A stretch of 38,773 bases of DNA. Origin: a virus. Taxonomy: Duplodnaviria > Caudoviricetes. The DNA lies in the IMG/VR virus record IMGVR_UViG_3300048577_000578, positions 1 through 38,773 of that record. The stretch is one strand, 5' to 3'. Below are positions 17,966 to 26,612 of the stretch, in pieces. Below the pieces are notes generated by a model, which was given only the letters and a program-made list of their open reading frames with translations, ran no database searches and had not been told where the DNA came from. The first letter of the stretch is position 1; each line of letters begins with the position of its first letter. The position numbers were made by a program, and so were the translations under genes.

Positions 17966-18011
17966 TCCCCTCTCAAAAGAAATCAAAGACATGAATTCTT
18001 TTGAGAGGGGA
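17966..18011. repeat. Perfect 16-bp inverted repeat overlapping the tRNA-like 3' end
   Basis: TCCCCTCTCAAAAGAA (17966-17981) and TTCTTTTGAGAGGGGA (17996-18011). Confidence 0.9.
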
Positions 18012-18071
18012 CTCGAACCCCCAACCTTCCGTTTAGTAGACGGTCGCTCTATCCAATTGAGCTACTCAGCG
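17998..18071 (-). tRNA. tRNA-like gene/pseudo-tRNA: Arg-type body, ACT anticodon, defective acceptor stem
   Basis: TAGCTCAATTGGATAGAGC D-arm, CCGT-CTACTAA-ACGG anticodon arm, GGGGG-TTCGAGT-CCCCT T-arm; only 4 of 7 acceptor pairs, no CCA. Confidence 0.75.
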
Positions 18072-18078
18072 GCCTTTC

Positions 18079-18106
18079 ATTATGGATAATGAGCGCAGAT
18101 TGTCAA
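18079..18106 (-). promoter_or_regulatory. Sigma70 promoter for the tRNA-like RNA
   Basis: Minus strand TTGACA (18106-18101), 16 nt, CATAAT (18084-18079); RNA position 1 follows after 7 nt. Confidence 0.65.
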
Positions 18107-18723
18107 GAGAAAACGGTGGTTTTGACGAAAACGCGGCGCGGAAGGTTCTCAGCAAAGATTTTGAGAACGTAGTCCGAAAAGTGGCGGCAGGCAGGCCACT
18201 CACCGCCGCCGAGCGCGCTCGCATCGAAGCACGCGCCGCCGGTAGCAGCGACTCCACGGCTTATGCCGACAATCAGGTGGAACTGGCCGCGCTCCTTGGA
18301 ATCACGCGGCGGACGCTCACCACCTGGCGCAAGATGACCGGTGCGCCGAAGCCCCTTGCAAACGGCCAGTACGACGTTGCCGCGTGGCGGGAGTTTGTGC
18401 GCTCCAAGGGGTTGAAAGGTGGTGGCGAGCCTGTGGGCAATCAGGAGGCGCTCAAGGCGCGCAAGCTTCTTGCGGAGATCGAGGAAAAGGAGCTGCGCCT
18501 CGCCATTCGTCGCGGGGATTATCTGAGTAAGGAAGCGGTGCGCCGTTCGATCCTTGAGGGGCTCGGGCGTATGTTTTCCATCCTGCACAAGCGGCTTGAG
18601 GACGAACTGCCGCCGATCTCTTGCGGCAAGGACGCGATCGGCATCCGTGAGGACAACGCCAAGGCGCTTGATGAGGCGCGCAAGGAAGCCTTCGAATACT
18701 TCACCGGACTGACGCATGAATAA
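18082..18723 (+). CDS. Terminase small subunit (Nu1-like)
   Basis: NQVELAALLGITRRTLTTW HTH, coiled coil, directly upstream of the large subunit; start uncertain. Confidence 0.8.
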   Translation: MDNERRLSRENGGFDENAARKVLSKDFENVVRKVAAGRPLTAAERARIEARAAGSSDSTAYADNQVELAALLGITRRTLTTWRKMTGAPKPLANGQYDVAAWREFVRSKGLKGGGEPVGNQEALKARKLLAEIEEKELRLAIRRGDYLSKEAVRRSILEGLGRMFSILHKRLEDELPPISCGKDAIGIREDNAKALDEARKEAFEYFTGLTHE

Positions 18724-20518
18724 GGACATCGCCAGCATGTTTGCCGAGGCCGTCCGGCCCGCAGACCGCCGTGCCCCCTGGGCTTGGGCGGAGGACAACA
18801 TCGCCTCGATCCCATACTCGCCGATGCCGGGCCGCTTCCGCAGCGAACACTCCCCGTGGGTGCGCGAGCCGCTGGAAGCCGTCGTGGACACAAAGGTGCG
18901 CATTGTGAGCATCATCGCGGCGGTGCAGGCGGGCAAAACCACGGTTTCGGAGCTGGCGCTCTGCTACATCGTGCCGAACCTGCCCGGCCCCACGCTGTGG
19001 CTGAGCGCAACCGATGACGATGCAAAGGACCAGTCGGAAGCCCGGCTTCAGAAGCTCTTCGATGAGTGCGAACCCGTCCGAAAACTCTTCCCAAAGGATC
19101 GCCACAAGAAGCGCAATCACACGATCCACTTCGCCAACGGAATGCCCCTGTGGATCCTCGGAGCCTTCAACAAGACGAACCTCCAGCGCCGTTCCATCCG
19201 CTGGGTGTTTGCCGATGAAACGTGGCAATACCCCGCTGGCCACATGGCCGAGGCAGAAGCGCGTGTTACGGCGTTCGGCTGGCTCGGCAAATGCGTGTTC
19301 ATGAGTCAGGGCGGCGAGGAAAACGACGACACGCACCGCAAGTTCGAGACGACGGACATGCGCGAGTGGACCTTCGCCTGCCCGGAGTGCGGCAAGCGTC
19401 AGCCCTTCGACTGGGACAACGTCGAGTGGAGCAAGGACGCCCGCGACTCCATCGGCAACTGGGACTTCGCCGCCGTGCGCGAGACGGCGTCGCTCCGCTG
19501 CACAGAATGCAACCACTATTTCCCAGATACGGACGCCATGCGCCGCATCCTGAACGCCAGCGGCCAGTTCGTCCGCACAAACCCGAATGCCGCACCGGAG
19601 AACGTCGGCTTCCACTGGAACGCTCTCTGCGCGATGTCGTGGGGCAGTCTCGCGGAACTCTACCTGCGGGCCAAGGCCGCGATGCGGCAGGGTGACACCT
19701 CGCTCCTCCAGCAGTTTTATCAGAAGCGGTTGGCGCTCCCGTGGCGCGAATATGTCGAGGACTACAAGATGGAGATCGCGACCTGCGGCTACCGCAAGGG
19801 CGAGATATGGGCAGGCGAGGGCGGGATCAATCGCCTTGGCCGTGTCATCGCGCCACCCTTCGCGGAAACGCCGATCCCGCTCCGCATCCTCACGGTGGAC
19901 TGCCAGATGGACCACTTCTACGCGCTTGTGCGCAGTTGGGCGGCGGACGGCTCTTCGCGCCTTGTCTGGAACGAGCGCCTGCTCACCTTCGAAGACGTGG
20001 AGGCGCTTCAATCACGGTTTAATATCCACCCGAACCTCGTGTTCGTGGACGCGGGCCATGCGACTTATGACGTGTATCGGCAGTGCGCCCGGATGGGCTG
20101 GGTTGCGCTCCTCGGCGACCGCCGCGCTACCTTCCCGCATCACACGAAGGCGCAGGGCGTCGTCCAGCGATTCTACTCACCGCGCCGCAAGGTGGTGCTG
20201 ACGAATGACCGGCACTGCTACGTGCATTATTGGTCGAACCTCAACATCAAGGACACGCTCGCCCGACTGCGCCGCAACCAGAACCCGGCCAACGGCCCGA
20301 CGTGGGAAGTGCCGGACGACATCGACGAGGACTACCTCTCGCAGATGGAGAGCGAACAGCGCGTGAAGGAGCACGATACGTGGTTTTGGAAGCAGATCGG
20401 CAAGCGTCCGAACCACTACTGGGACTGCGAATCGATGCAGGCCGCCGCCGCGACCATGCTCAAGATCGTGGGCCGGGAGAGCGTTGACAAGTGCTCCGCT
20501 ACCGATGGCGACGATTGA
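18716..20518 (+). CDS. Terminase large subunit, lambda GpA family
   Basis: PWVREPL, AAVQAGKTT Walker A, WVFADE Walker B, CPEC...CTEC, TVDCQ, NHYWDC. Confidence 0.93.
   Translation: MNKDIASMFAEAVRPADRRAPWAWAEDNIASIPYSPMPGRFRSEHSPWVREPLEAVVDTKVRIVSIIAAVQAGKTTVSELALCYIVPNLPGPTLWLSATDDDAKDQSEARLQKLFDECEPVRKLFPKDRHKKRNHTIHFANGMPLWILGAFNKTNLQRRSIRWVFADETWQYPAGHMAEAEARVTAFGWLGKCVFMSQGGEENDDTHRKFETTDMREWTFACPECGKRQPFDWDNVEWSKDARDSIGNWDFAAVRETASLRCTECNHYFPDTDAMRRILNASGQFVRTNPNAAPENVGFHWNALCAMSWGSLAELYLRAKAAMRQGDTSLLQQFYQKRLALPWREYVEDYKMEIATCGYRKGEIWAGEGGINRLGRVIAPPFAETPIPLRILTVDCQMDHFYALVRSWAADGSSRLVWNERLLTFEDVEALQSRFNIHPNLVFVDAGHATYDVYRQCARMGWVALLGDRRATFPHHTKAQGVVQRFYSPRRKVVLTNDRHCYVHYWSNLNIKDTLARLRRNQNPANGPTWEVPDDIDEDYLSQMESEQRVKEHDTWFWKQIGKRPNHYWDCESMQAAAATMLKIVGRESVDKCSATDGDD
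20484..20489 (+). promoter_or_regulatory. TTGACA, 15 nt before ATG 20505
   Basis: Recurrent motif, embedded in the terminase 3' end. Confidence 0.55.
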
Positions 20519-20762
20519 TTACTCGGTGGGCTTCAGCGTGACGGAAATCGAGGACATCCTTGCCGTCCACAAGCAGGAGCTGAAGAAGACGCTGACGGCG
20601 TACGCGAACGATGGCTCCAGCTACACCAAGCGTCACATTGACGAGATTCACACCGTCATCAAAGCCTGTCAGGACGCCCTCGTGAAGCTCGCGCCGGAGA
20701 AGTATCGTCGGCAGGGCAGGACGGTCGGCGTTTCGCACGTTGACAGCCGCTTTCGCATGTGA
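20505..20762 (+). CDS. Head-tail joining protein (gpW position)
   Basis: Small gene between terminase and portal; SYTKRHIDEI resembles gpW-type segment. Confidence 0.6.
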   Translation: MATIDYSVGFSVTEIEDILAVHKQELKKTLTAYANDGSSYTKRHIDEIHTVIKACQDALVKLAPEKYRRQGRTVGVSHVDSRFRM

Positions 20763-20798
20763 AGCTTCTGAAACACATCTCGTGTATCTTCAGGCATT
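20739..20798 (+). repeat. Degenerate copy of TTGACA-N13-GTG and portal 5' end
   Basis: 47/60 identical to 21798-21857 by manual alignment. Confidence 0.85.
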
Positions 20799-20826
20799 AT
20801 GGATCATTGAGCGCGAATCTGATGCT

Positions 20827-21687
20827 TTAGCTTTGAGTTCCGTTTGTTGGTTTTTCTGCAATATTTGCATAGTATGATTGTCTGAGCCATTCCAATGCTC
20901 CGGGGACGCCATAAGTCCATTCGTAGCCAAATTGGCGAGCATAATAGTATCCTTCAAACTCGCTGCCAGAAGTGATGCCAAAAGGAGAGTTGTTTTCTGG
21001 GATAGGAAGATCTTTTTCTACGATATATTTTACAACTTTGGGGTAATGGATTAGGCAGCCATTCAGTTTTACGCTTGCTTCATCCTTTCGGTTCAGTGCA
21101 AAGAGTGCAAGCGGGTGTAGGTATTCCATTGCCGAGAATGTATCGTTGAATCGAGAATCTTCGAAGAGATTTATGGCATGGAGATAGCGTTTTTCCGATA
21201 TATAATACTCAACCAGTGAGAGCCTGGCTCCCATTCGATCGCTCGGGTCCAAAGCAAGGCACTCTTCACCAGTCGTGATGGCCTTGTCTTGGCAGAACAT
21301 ATCCCACTGAAGCAACATTAGATGATGAAGGGCCCGCAAGAATGGTCTGTTTTGAACCCATCCTGTGTCTAAAGTGTCTTTGCCTAATTCAAAATTGATA
21401 GGGAATGCCTTTTTCCCAGTCGAAACCGCTACCTCTACTAGCATTAGCGCTTCAAGTAATTTTCCTTCACCTGCTTTGCATATTGAGTAATGATGTAAGA
21501 TATCGATGTGGTAAGGAAATGTCTTGAGAAGGTTTCTAAATCCTTTTGAAAATACTTTCCTGTCGCTGGTGCTTTCGCGAATCTTGTCGAACTCAAGCGT
21601 GAGTTCTCCGATATAATCGGACTCAACAAAACGCCAATCATGGTTGCCCATTTGTTGAAGACTATACGGGGGAGTTAGTAGTCGCAT
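20827..21687 (-). CDS. AT-rich TPR-like protein (moron)
   Basis: WVQNRPFLRA...LALDPSDRMGAR helical-repeat pattern; low GC; likely start ATG 21687. Confidence 0.75.
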   Translation of the reverse strand: MRLLTPPYSLQQMGNHDWRFVESDYIGELTLEFDKIRESTSDRKVFSKGFRNLLKTFPYHIDILHHYSICKAGEGKLLEALMLVEVAVSTGKKAFPINFELGKDTLDTGWVQNRPFLRALHHLMLLQWDMFCQDKAITTGEECLALDPSDRMGARLSLVEYYISEKRYLHAINLFEDSRFNDTFSAMEYLHPLALFALNRKDEASVKLNGCLIHYPKVVKYIVEKDLPIPENNSPFGITSGSEFEGYYYARQFGYEWTYGVPGALEWLRQSYYANIAEKPTNGTQS

Positions 21688-21798
21688 GATATTGGATGTG
21701 TGATGGTTGAATCGCGCTATCGACTGCTTGTATGCCGGATTTCTACAAGGGGCGAGCAAACTTTGTGAAGATGACGCACCACACGGGACTCGCTTATG

Positions 21799-21804
21799 TT
21801 GACA
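21799..21804 (+). promoter_or_regulatory. TTGACA, 13 nt before portal GTG 21818
   Basis: Recurrent motif; right edge of insert. Confidence 0.7.
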
Positions 21805-21817
21805 GCCGCTTCCCGCT

Positions 21818-23236
21818 GTGAAGCTCCTGCACCACCTCTCGCGCATCTTTGGGTATTCCGGCTACGAGTCGGCGAACAGTTCGCCGCGACGCGGGACAGT
21901 GCCTGGTGCGGCCCCGACGGACACGAAGAAGGAACTCACTAGCCATGCGCGGCGGGAGCTTGTCCGCCGCTCGCGTTACCTCAACAAGAACTCCGGTTTC
22001 TCGCGCGAGATGGTGGCGGACATGGCGATTTACTCGACAGGCGACGGCATCCGTCCGCAGCCGCAGAGTGACGACGCCGATTGGAACAAGGCCGCCGAAG
22101 CCTACTTCGCCCGCTGGTCGGCACGGGCGGAGATCACGCGCCGTTTCAGCTTCGAGGAATGCCAGCACCTCGTTTGCCGGGGTCTCGATGTGGACGGCGA
22201 ATACTTTTGCCTCAAGGTGCGGGACAACCTCGGAATTCCGCGCCTGCAACTTGTCGAATCACACCGCATCGGCGACACGTTCGGCTCGGCGGAAACGGTG
22301 GATGGCATCAAGCTCGACGCCTTTGGCGCACCGCTCGCGTATCGCCTGATTTTGGACGACAACGCAACCCGCGACGTGCCCGCGAACGCCGTCATGCACA
22401 TCTTCGAACCGGAGTCGGCAAGCGGGGTGCGCCAGCCGCCGACGCTCCAGCATTCGATTAACCACATCTTGGACGAGATGGAGATGCTGGCGCTCGAAAA
22501 GCACGCCGTGAAGGATAACGCGGACATTGCCCGCATCTTGAAGCGAGAAAACGGCGCGCTCGACGAGTCGGGCGATTTCAGCGTGGAGACCGGCGAGCAG
22601 CCGAACGCGGCGAGCGACGCGGCGCTGCTCCAGCGGATCGTCGGCGGCAAGCTCGTGGCGCTCAAGCCCGGCGAATCGCTCGACAGCTTCCAGTCCAACA
22701 GGCCGAGTCCGGTTTTCACGGGGTTCTTGGAGCATCTGAAGCGCGATTCTGCCGCCGGGATGCTGCCGTATGAGTTCGTGCTCGACGCCTCGAAGATCGG
22801 CGGCGCGGGCGTGCGGCTCATCGTGGCGAAGGCCGACCGTCGTTTCAGCTATCGGCAGATGATCCTGATCCAGCGCCTTCTGCAACCGACGTGGGGCTAT
22901 GTCATCGGCGACGCGATCGACCGTGGCGAACTGGCTCCGGTCAAAGGTTGGAACAAGGTCGGCTGGGTCTGCCCAAGGCGCGTGACGGTGGACGCGGGTC
23001 GGGAAGATGAATCCCATCGTAAAAATGTAGAAATGGGGTTGCTCTCGTTCTCGGATCACTTTTCGGAACTCGGCATGAACTTCTCCGAAGAGATCGAGCG
23101 GCGTGCACAGGACGCGAAGGCGATTCTGGAGACGGCGGCGAGGTATGGCGTGCCGGTGGAGATGCTCTATCGCCCAAGCGGCACGCAGAGCGTTGCAACA
23201 CCCAACGCTCCCGTTGACAAGCCGGAAAAGGTGTGA
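21818..23236 (+). CDS. Portal protein, lambda family
   Basis: LVRRSRYL.KN, VDGEYF, LQLVE, GIKLDAFGAPLAY, LKPGE; position. Confidence 0.92.
   Translation: MKLLHHLSRIFGYSGYESANSSPRRGTVPGAAPTDTKKELTSHARRELVRRSRYLNKNSGFSREMVADMAIYSTGDGIRPQPQSDDADWNKAAEAYFARWSARAEITRRFSFEECQHLVCRGLDVDGEYFCLKVRDNLGIPRLQLVESHRIGDTFGSAETVDGIKLDAFGAPLAYRLILDDNATRDVPANAVMHIFEPESASGVRQPPTLQHSINHILDEMEMLALEKHAVKDNADIARILKRENGALDESGDFSVETGEQPNAASDAALLQRIVGGKLVALKPGESLDSFQSNRPSPVFTGFLEHLKRDSAAGMLPYEFVLDASKIGGAGVRLIVAKADRRFSYRQMILIQRLLQPTWGYVIGDAIDRGELAPVKGWNKVGWVCPRRVTVDAGREDESHRKNVEMGLLSFSDHFSELGMNFSEEIERRAQDAKAILETAARYGVPVEMLYRPSGTQSVATPNAPVDKPEKV
23214..23219 (+). promoter_or_regulatory. TTGACA, 13 nt before GTG 23233
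   Basis: Recurrent motif, embedded in the portal 3' end. Confidence 0.7.
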
Positions 23237-24027
23237 GCTTTGCTGACGCCATTCTTCGCCACGAACCGTTGCTTGTTGAACCGCGCCTTCTGGCCGCGTT
23301 TGTGGAACGCTGCTCGGGGTTCACGGACGCGTTGAAGGAACTCCTTGGCGAGCCGCCTCAAGCCCGTGTAGAAAACGGCGTCGGCATCCTGCCCATTTGC
23401 GGCCCGATCGGGTCGAACCTGTCGCCCATCGAGAAGATGCTTGGCGGCTGCGATGTGGCGGACCTCTCGGCCTCGCTCGATGCCTTCGCCGCCGATCCAT
23501 CGGTGCGGACGCTGCTCCTCGACGTGGACTCGCCCGGCGGCACCGTGACCGGCGTCCCAGAACTTGCCGAGCAGATCGCGACGTTCCCGAAGCCGAGTGT
23601 TGCCTTCACGTCGGGCGAGGCGTGTTCCGCCGCCTATTGGCTGGCCTCGCAGGCCGACGACTTTCTTTCGACGCCGAGCGCGTCTGTCGGCAGCGTGGGC
23701 GTGTATCTGGCCCTTCTCGACAGTTCCGCCGCACTGGCCCGCTCCGGCCTCTTTGTCGACGTCATCAAGGCAGGAACCTACAAGGCGGCGGGCTTCCCCG
23801 GCACGAGCCTGACTGACGAGCAGCGCGCACTTCTACAAGAGCGAGTGGACACGGTTCACGGGATGTTCATGGGCGCCGTCACTGGCAAACGCCGCCGCGT
23901 CGGCCCGGAGTCTATGCAGGGCCAGTCCTTCTACGGCACGCAGGCAGCAGAGCGCGGGCTTGTAACCGGTATTGTGCCGAGTCGCACTGCCATGCTCTCC
24001 CGGTTGACAACAATGCATGGGGCATAG
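23233..24027 (+). CDS. S49-family prohead protease
   Basis: DVDSPGG, ACSAAYWLAS, VGSVGV, AGTYK. Confidence 0.93.
   Translation: MSFADAILRHEPLLVEPRLLAAFVERCSGFTDALKELLGEPPQARVENGVGILPICGPIGSNLSPIEKMLGGCDVADLSASLDAFAADPSVRTLLLDVDSPGGTVTGVPELAEQIATFPKPSVAFTSGEACSAAYWLASQADDFLSTPSASVGSVGVYLALLDSSAALARSGLFVDVIKAGTYKAAGFPGTSLTDEQRALLQERVDTVHGMFMGAVTGKRRRVGPESMQGQSFYGTQAAERGLVTGIVPSRTAMLSRLTTMHGA
24004..24009 (+). promoter_or_regulatory. TTGACA, 20 nt before ATG 24030 (spacing outlier)
   Basis: Same GTTGACA core at a gene junction. Confidence 0.4.
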
Positions 24028-24029
24028 CC

Positions 24030-24449
24030 ATGACACTCGAAGAAAAACTTTCCGCCACCGAGGCGAAGCTGGCCGAGGCCGAAACCACTTTGACGAGCGA
24101 ACGCGCCGCTGTGGAGGCTCTCCGCCAGCAGCTTGCCTCCGCCGAAACTGCGAAGGCGGAGGAATCCGCCCACAATGCCGACCTTCAGACGCAGCTCAAG
24201 GCCGCTCGCAAGGAGTCTGCGGACCTCGCTGCTCGTGTGGCAGAGCTTACTGCCGCATCCAAGACCGCCGAGGCGAAGGCCGCCGAAATCTGCGCCTCGG
24301 TCGGCGTGACGCCTCTTCCCGTCACCGCGCAGGGCGATGCCGCCACAGCCACTTCGACGAACCTCGTCGAAGAGCTGCGCAAGCAGGAGACACCCGCCGC
24401 GCAGACCGCCTTCTGGCGCAAAAACAAGTCCAAGATCATCAACCGTTAA
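24030..24449 (+). CDS. Coiled-coil scaffolding-like protein
   Basis: Ala/Glu-rich heptads between protease and capsid genes. Confidence 0.7.
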   Translation: MTLEEKLSATEAKLAEAETTLTSERAAVEALRQQLASAETAKAEESAHNADLQTQLKAARKESADLAARVAELTAASKTAEAKAAEICASVGVTPLPVTAQGDAATATSTNLVEELRKQETPAAQTAFWRKNKSKIINR

Positions 24450-24503
24450 GCGCACGGCACTCCGTGCCTGCCCCCGACGTAAACCGACTGCAACTTTCCA
24501 CTT

Positions 24504-25418
24504 ATGGCCAACACGCTCACCAACCTTCAGGACATTCGCATTTCGCAGGCTTTTCTCGAAGCCTTTCGCGCCGCTCTCCAGCCGCTCCGCGCCTTCTCGA
24601 CCGACTTTTCCGCCGAGTTTCTTGAACGCGGCAAGACGGTTACAGTGCCGGTCGTCGGCAACGCCCTGCCAACGAGTTCCGACTTCGAAGGCAGCTACAG
24701 CAAGAACGCCGACCGCACCGTGAATACGCTCGCCGTGACCTGCGACCGCCACAAGGTGCGCTCCTTCCACCTGACCGACAAGGAGTCCGCCGAGTCGAGC
24801 TTCATCAAGCTGGAACGCCTCGCGGGTTCCGAGGCCAAGCAGCTTGCTCAGGATGTGCTTCAGGACATTTTCTCCGTCGTCACGGCGGCGAATTACGGCG
24901 AGGCGGCGATCCCCGCCGTGGCTGCGACGGACTTCGATTCGACGCACGTTCTCGGTATTCGCGGCGCGTGCGCGAGGGCCAAGATGCCGACGACTGAGCG
25001 CAGCCTGATCCTCGACGACGCCTACTACACGGCGCTCCTCGGCGACGAGCGCGTGAGCCATAGCTACCTCGCGCAGATGAGCCAGCCCTCGCTCATGGAG
25101 GCCCACGTTCCGCGCATCTACGGCTTCGACATTTTCGACACGATCGTGCTGCCGGAAAACGGCGAAAAGCTCGTCGGTTTCGCGGCCCATCCTGCGGGCC
25201 TAGCGGTGGCGATGCGATACCTAGCGCCGCTGCGGCCAGAGTCCTACTTGGAGTCCGGCCCGGTGTCCGATCCCGAAACGGGCATCACTTTCGGCTACCG
25301 CCGCTTCTACGACAACGACAGCGGCAAGGAGATCGTCGCCTTCGAATGCCTCTACGGCTTCAAGCCCGCGATCGCGGCGGGCATCAAGCGCCTCGTCGCG
25401 CCGGGGCAGGCCGAGTAA
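24504..25418 (+). CDS. Major capsid protein
   Basis: 304 aa, GKTVTVP, RIYGFDIF, CLYG motifs; position after scaffold and before a hairpin. Confidence 0.8.
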   Translation: MANTLTNLQDIRISQAFLEAFRAALQPLRAFSTDFSAEFLERGKTVTVPVVGNALPTSSDFEGSYSKNADRTVNTLAVTCDRHKVRSFHLTDKESAESSFIKLERLAGSEAKQLAQDVLQDIFSVVTAANYGEAAIPAVAATDFDSTHVLGIRGACARAKMPTTERSLILDDAYYTALLGDERVSHSYLAQMSQPSLMEAHVPRIYGFDIFDTIVLPENGEKLVGFAAHPAGLAVAMRYLAPLRPESYLESGPVSDPETGITFGYRRFYDNDSGKEIVAFECLYGFKPAIAAGIKRLVAPGQAE

Positions 25419-25442
25419 CTTTCCTGCTGCGTGGCATAACTC

Positions 25443-25472
25443 CGAGGCTCCGTCCTTCGCGGCGGGGCCTCG
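25443..25472 (+). terminator. Hairpin after capsid gene (weak U-tract)
   Basis: CGAGGCTCCG (25443-25452) pairs with CGGGGCCTCG (25463-25472) allowing one G-U. Confidence 0.5.
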
Positions 25473-25476
25473 TTCG

Positions 25477-25482
25477 TTGACA
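25477..25482 (+). promoter_or_regulatory. TTGACA, 13 nt before ATG 25496
   Basis: Recurrent motif, directly after the hairpin. Confidence 0.7.
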
Positions 25483-25495
25483 AGCCCTCACCACT

Positions 25496-25813
25496 ATGAA
25501 CCATCACGAACAGGACAGTGCCGAAGGCTTTGCTGAATTGCTCGACGCGGCGGGCGTGTTGCTGACGCTCGATGGCGTTCCGATCAGGGCACTGCTCAGG
25601 GCAACGCCGCCGGATCTGAACCGTTACGACCTGTCCGTCGGCGACGACAATTCGGTGCAGGTTCGCGTCCTTGCGTCGGCCTTCTCCGGTGGCCTGCCCG
25701 TTGCCGGAAGTTCCTTCGAGGACGAAGCCGGGACGACCTACCGCATCCGGCGCACCGCCCGCTCGCCGAGCCGCGTCCTCATCACTTTTGACTGCGAACT
25801 CTGCCAGCCATGA
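25496..25813 (+). CDS. Head-tail connector/closure-like protein
   Basis: 105 aa beta-rich protein after capsid; call by position. Confidence 0.6.
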   Translation: MNHHEQDSAEGFAELLDAAGVLLTLDGVPIRALLRATPPDLNRYDLSVGDDNSVQVRVLASAFSGGLPVAGSSFEDEAGTTYRIRRTARSPSRVLITFDCELCQP

Positions 25814-26025
25814 CAACCGAAGAACGACTTGCCCAGATTGAACATCGCCTGACGACCCTCGAAGTCACCCTCTGGGGGCAGCATGGCGAGAACGGGCTGC
25901 GCTCGGACATCCGCGAGATGAAGCGCAAGATGGACATGATCCTGCGCTGGGTTTGGGTGACTTCTGCGCTGCCGCCGCTGACCGTCGGGCTCATCGCGAT
26001 CCTGAAGTTCCTCGGGAAACTGTAG
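25810..26025 (+). CDS. Small coiled-coil plus transmembrane protein (holin-like?)
   Basis: ATGA overlap; N-terminal coiled coil, C-terminal hydrophobic helix. Confidence 0.6.
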   Translation: MTTEERLAQIEHRLTTLEVTLWGQHGENGLRSDIREMKRKMDMILRWVWVTSALPPLTVGLIAILKFLGKL

Positions 26026-26598
26026 ATGGAAACCGCCGTCGATACCCGGGAGCTGCGGGCCTTCAACAAGGCGCTTGCGCAATACCTGCGCTGGAACAAG
26101 CGCGAGCAAGGGCCGCTCATCGAGGCGCGGGCGGCTAGGCTGCGTTTTGCGATCTACCGGGGCTTTCGCGCGATTGCGCCGACTGCGGAGCGCATCGAGC
26201 AGGAGGCCGCCGCGCTCGGCTACAGGATCAAACGGGGTCTGAATCGCGATGGCACAAGGCGCACAGTGGGAGAGGAGCTTGCCGCGCGTCGCAAGTCGAT
26301 CCGCTTTCTCTCGGTCTCGTGGCTTTTCCGCGCTTGGAAGCGAAGTAGGGAAGGCCAGAACACGCAGGCCGCCGCCGTGTCCCGAGCAAAGGAACGCATC
26401 GGTCAGGCCATCGTCCGCACGGCGAAAGGGCAGAGTCATCCCTCGGTTTTGCTGGAGAGTTTTCTCGAAGGCGTGCAAGTGCAGAACAGTCAGCGCGGAA
26501 TCGTGGAAGACGCCCTGCGCGGCGAAGTGGCGGACATGAAGTCGTACGTGCGGCGCAAGCAGCTGGAGAAGTTGTCCTTGATGCTCACGAATCGGTAG
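26026..26598 (+). CDS. Basic neck/tail-completion-like protein
   Basis: Arg-rich, 190 aa; call by position. Confidence 0.55.
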   Translation: METAVDTRELRAFNKALAQYLRWNKREQGPLIEARAARLRFAIYRGFRAIAPTAERIEQEAAALGYRIKRGLNRDGTRRTVGEELAARRKSIRFLSVSWLFRAWKRSREGQNTQAAAVSRAKERIGQAIVRTAKGQSHPSVLLESFLEGVQVQNSQRGIVEDALRGEVADMKSYVRRKQLEKLSLMLTNR

Positions 26599-26612
26599 TC
26601 ATACTCTGGAAT

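Noticed and set aside
17998-18071. Functional tRNA-Ser(ACT) call
   Set aside because: Short variable loop and Arg-type D-loop, three unpaired terminal acceptor positions and no CCA.
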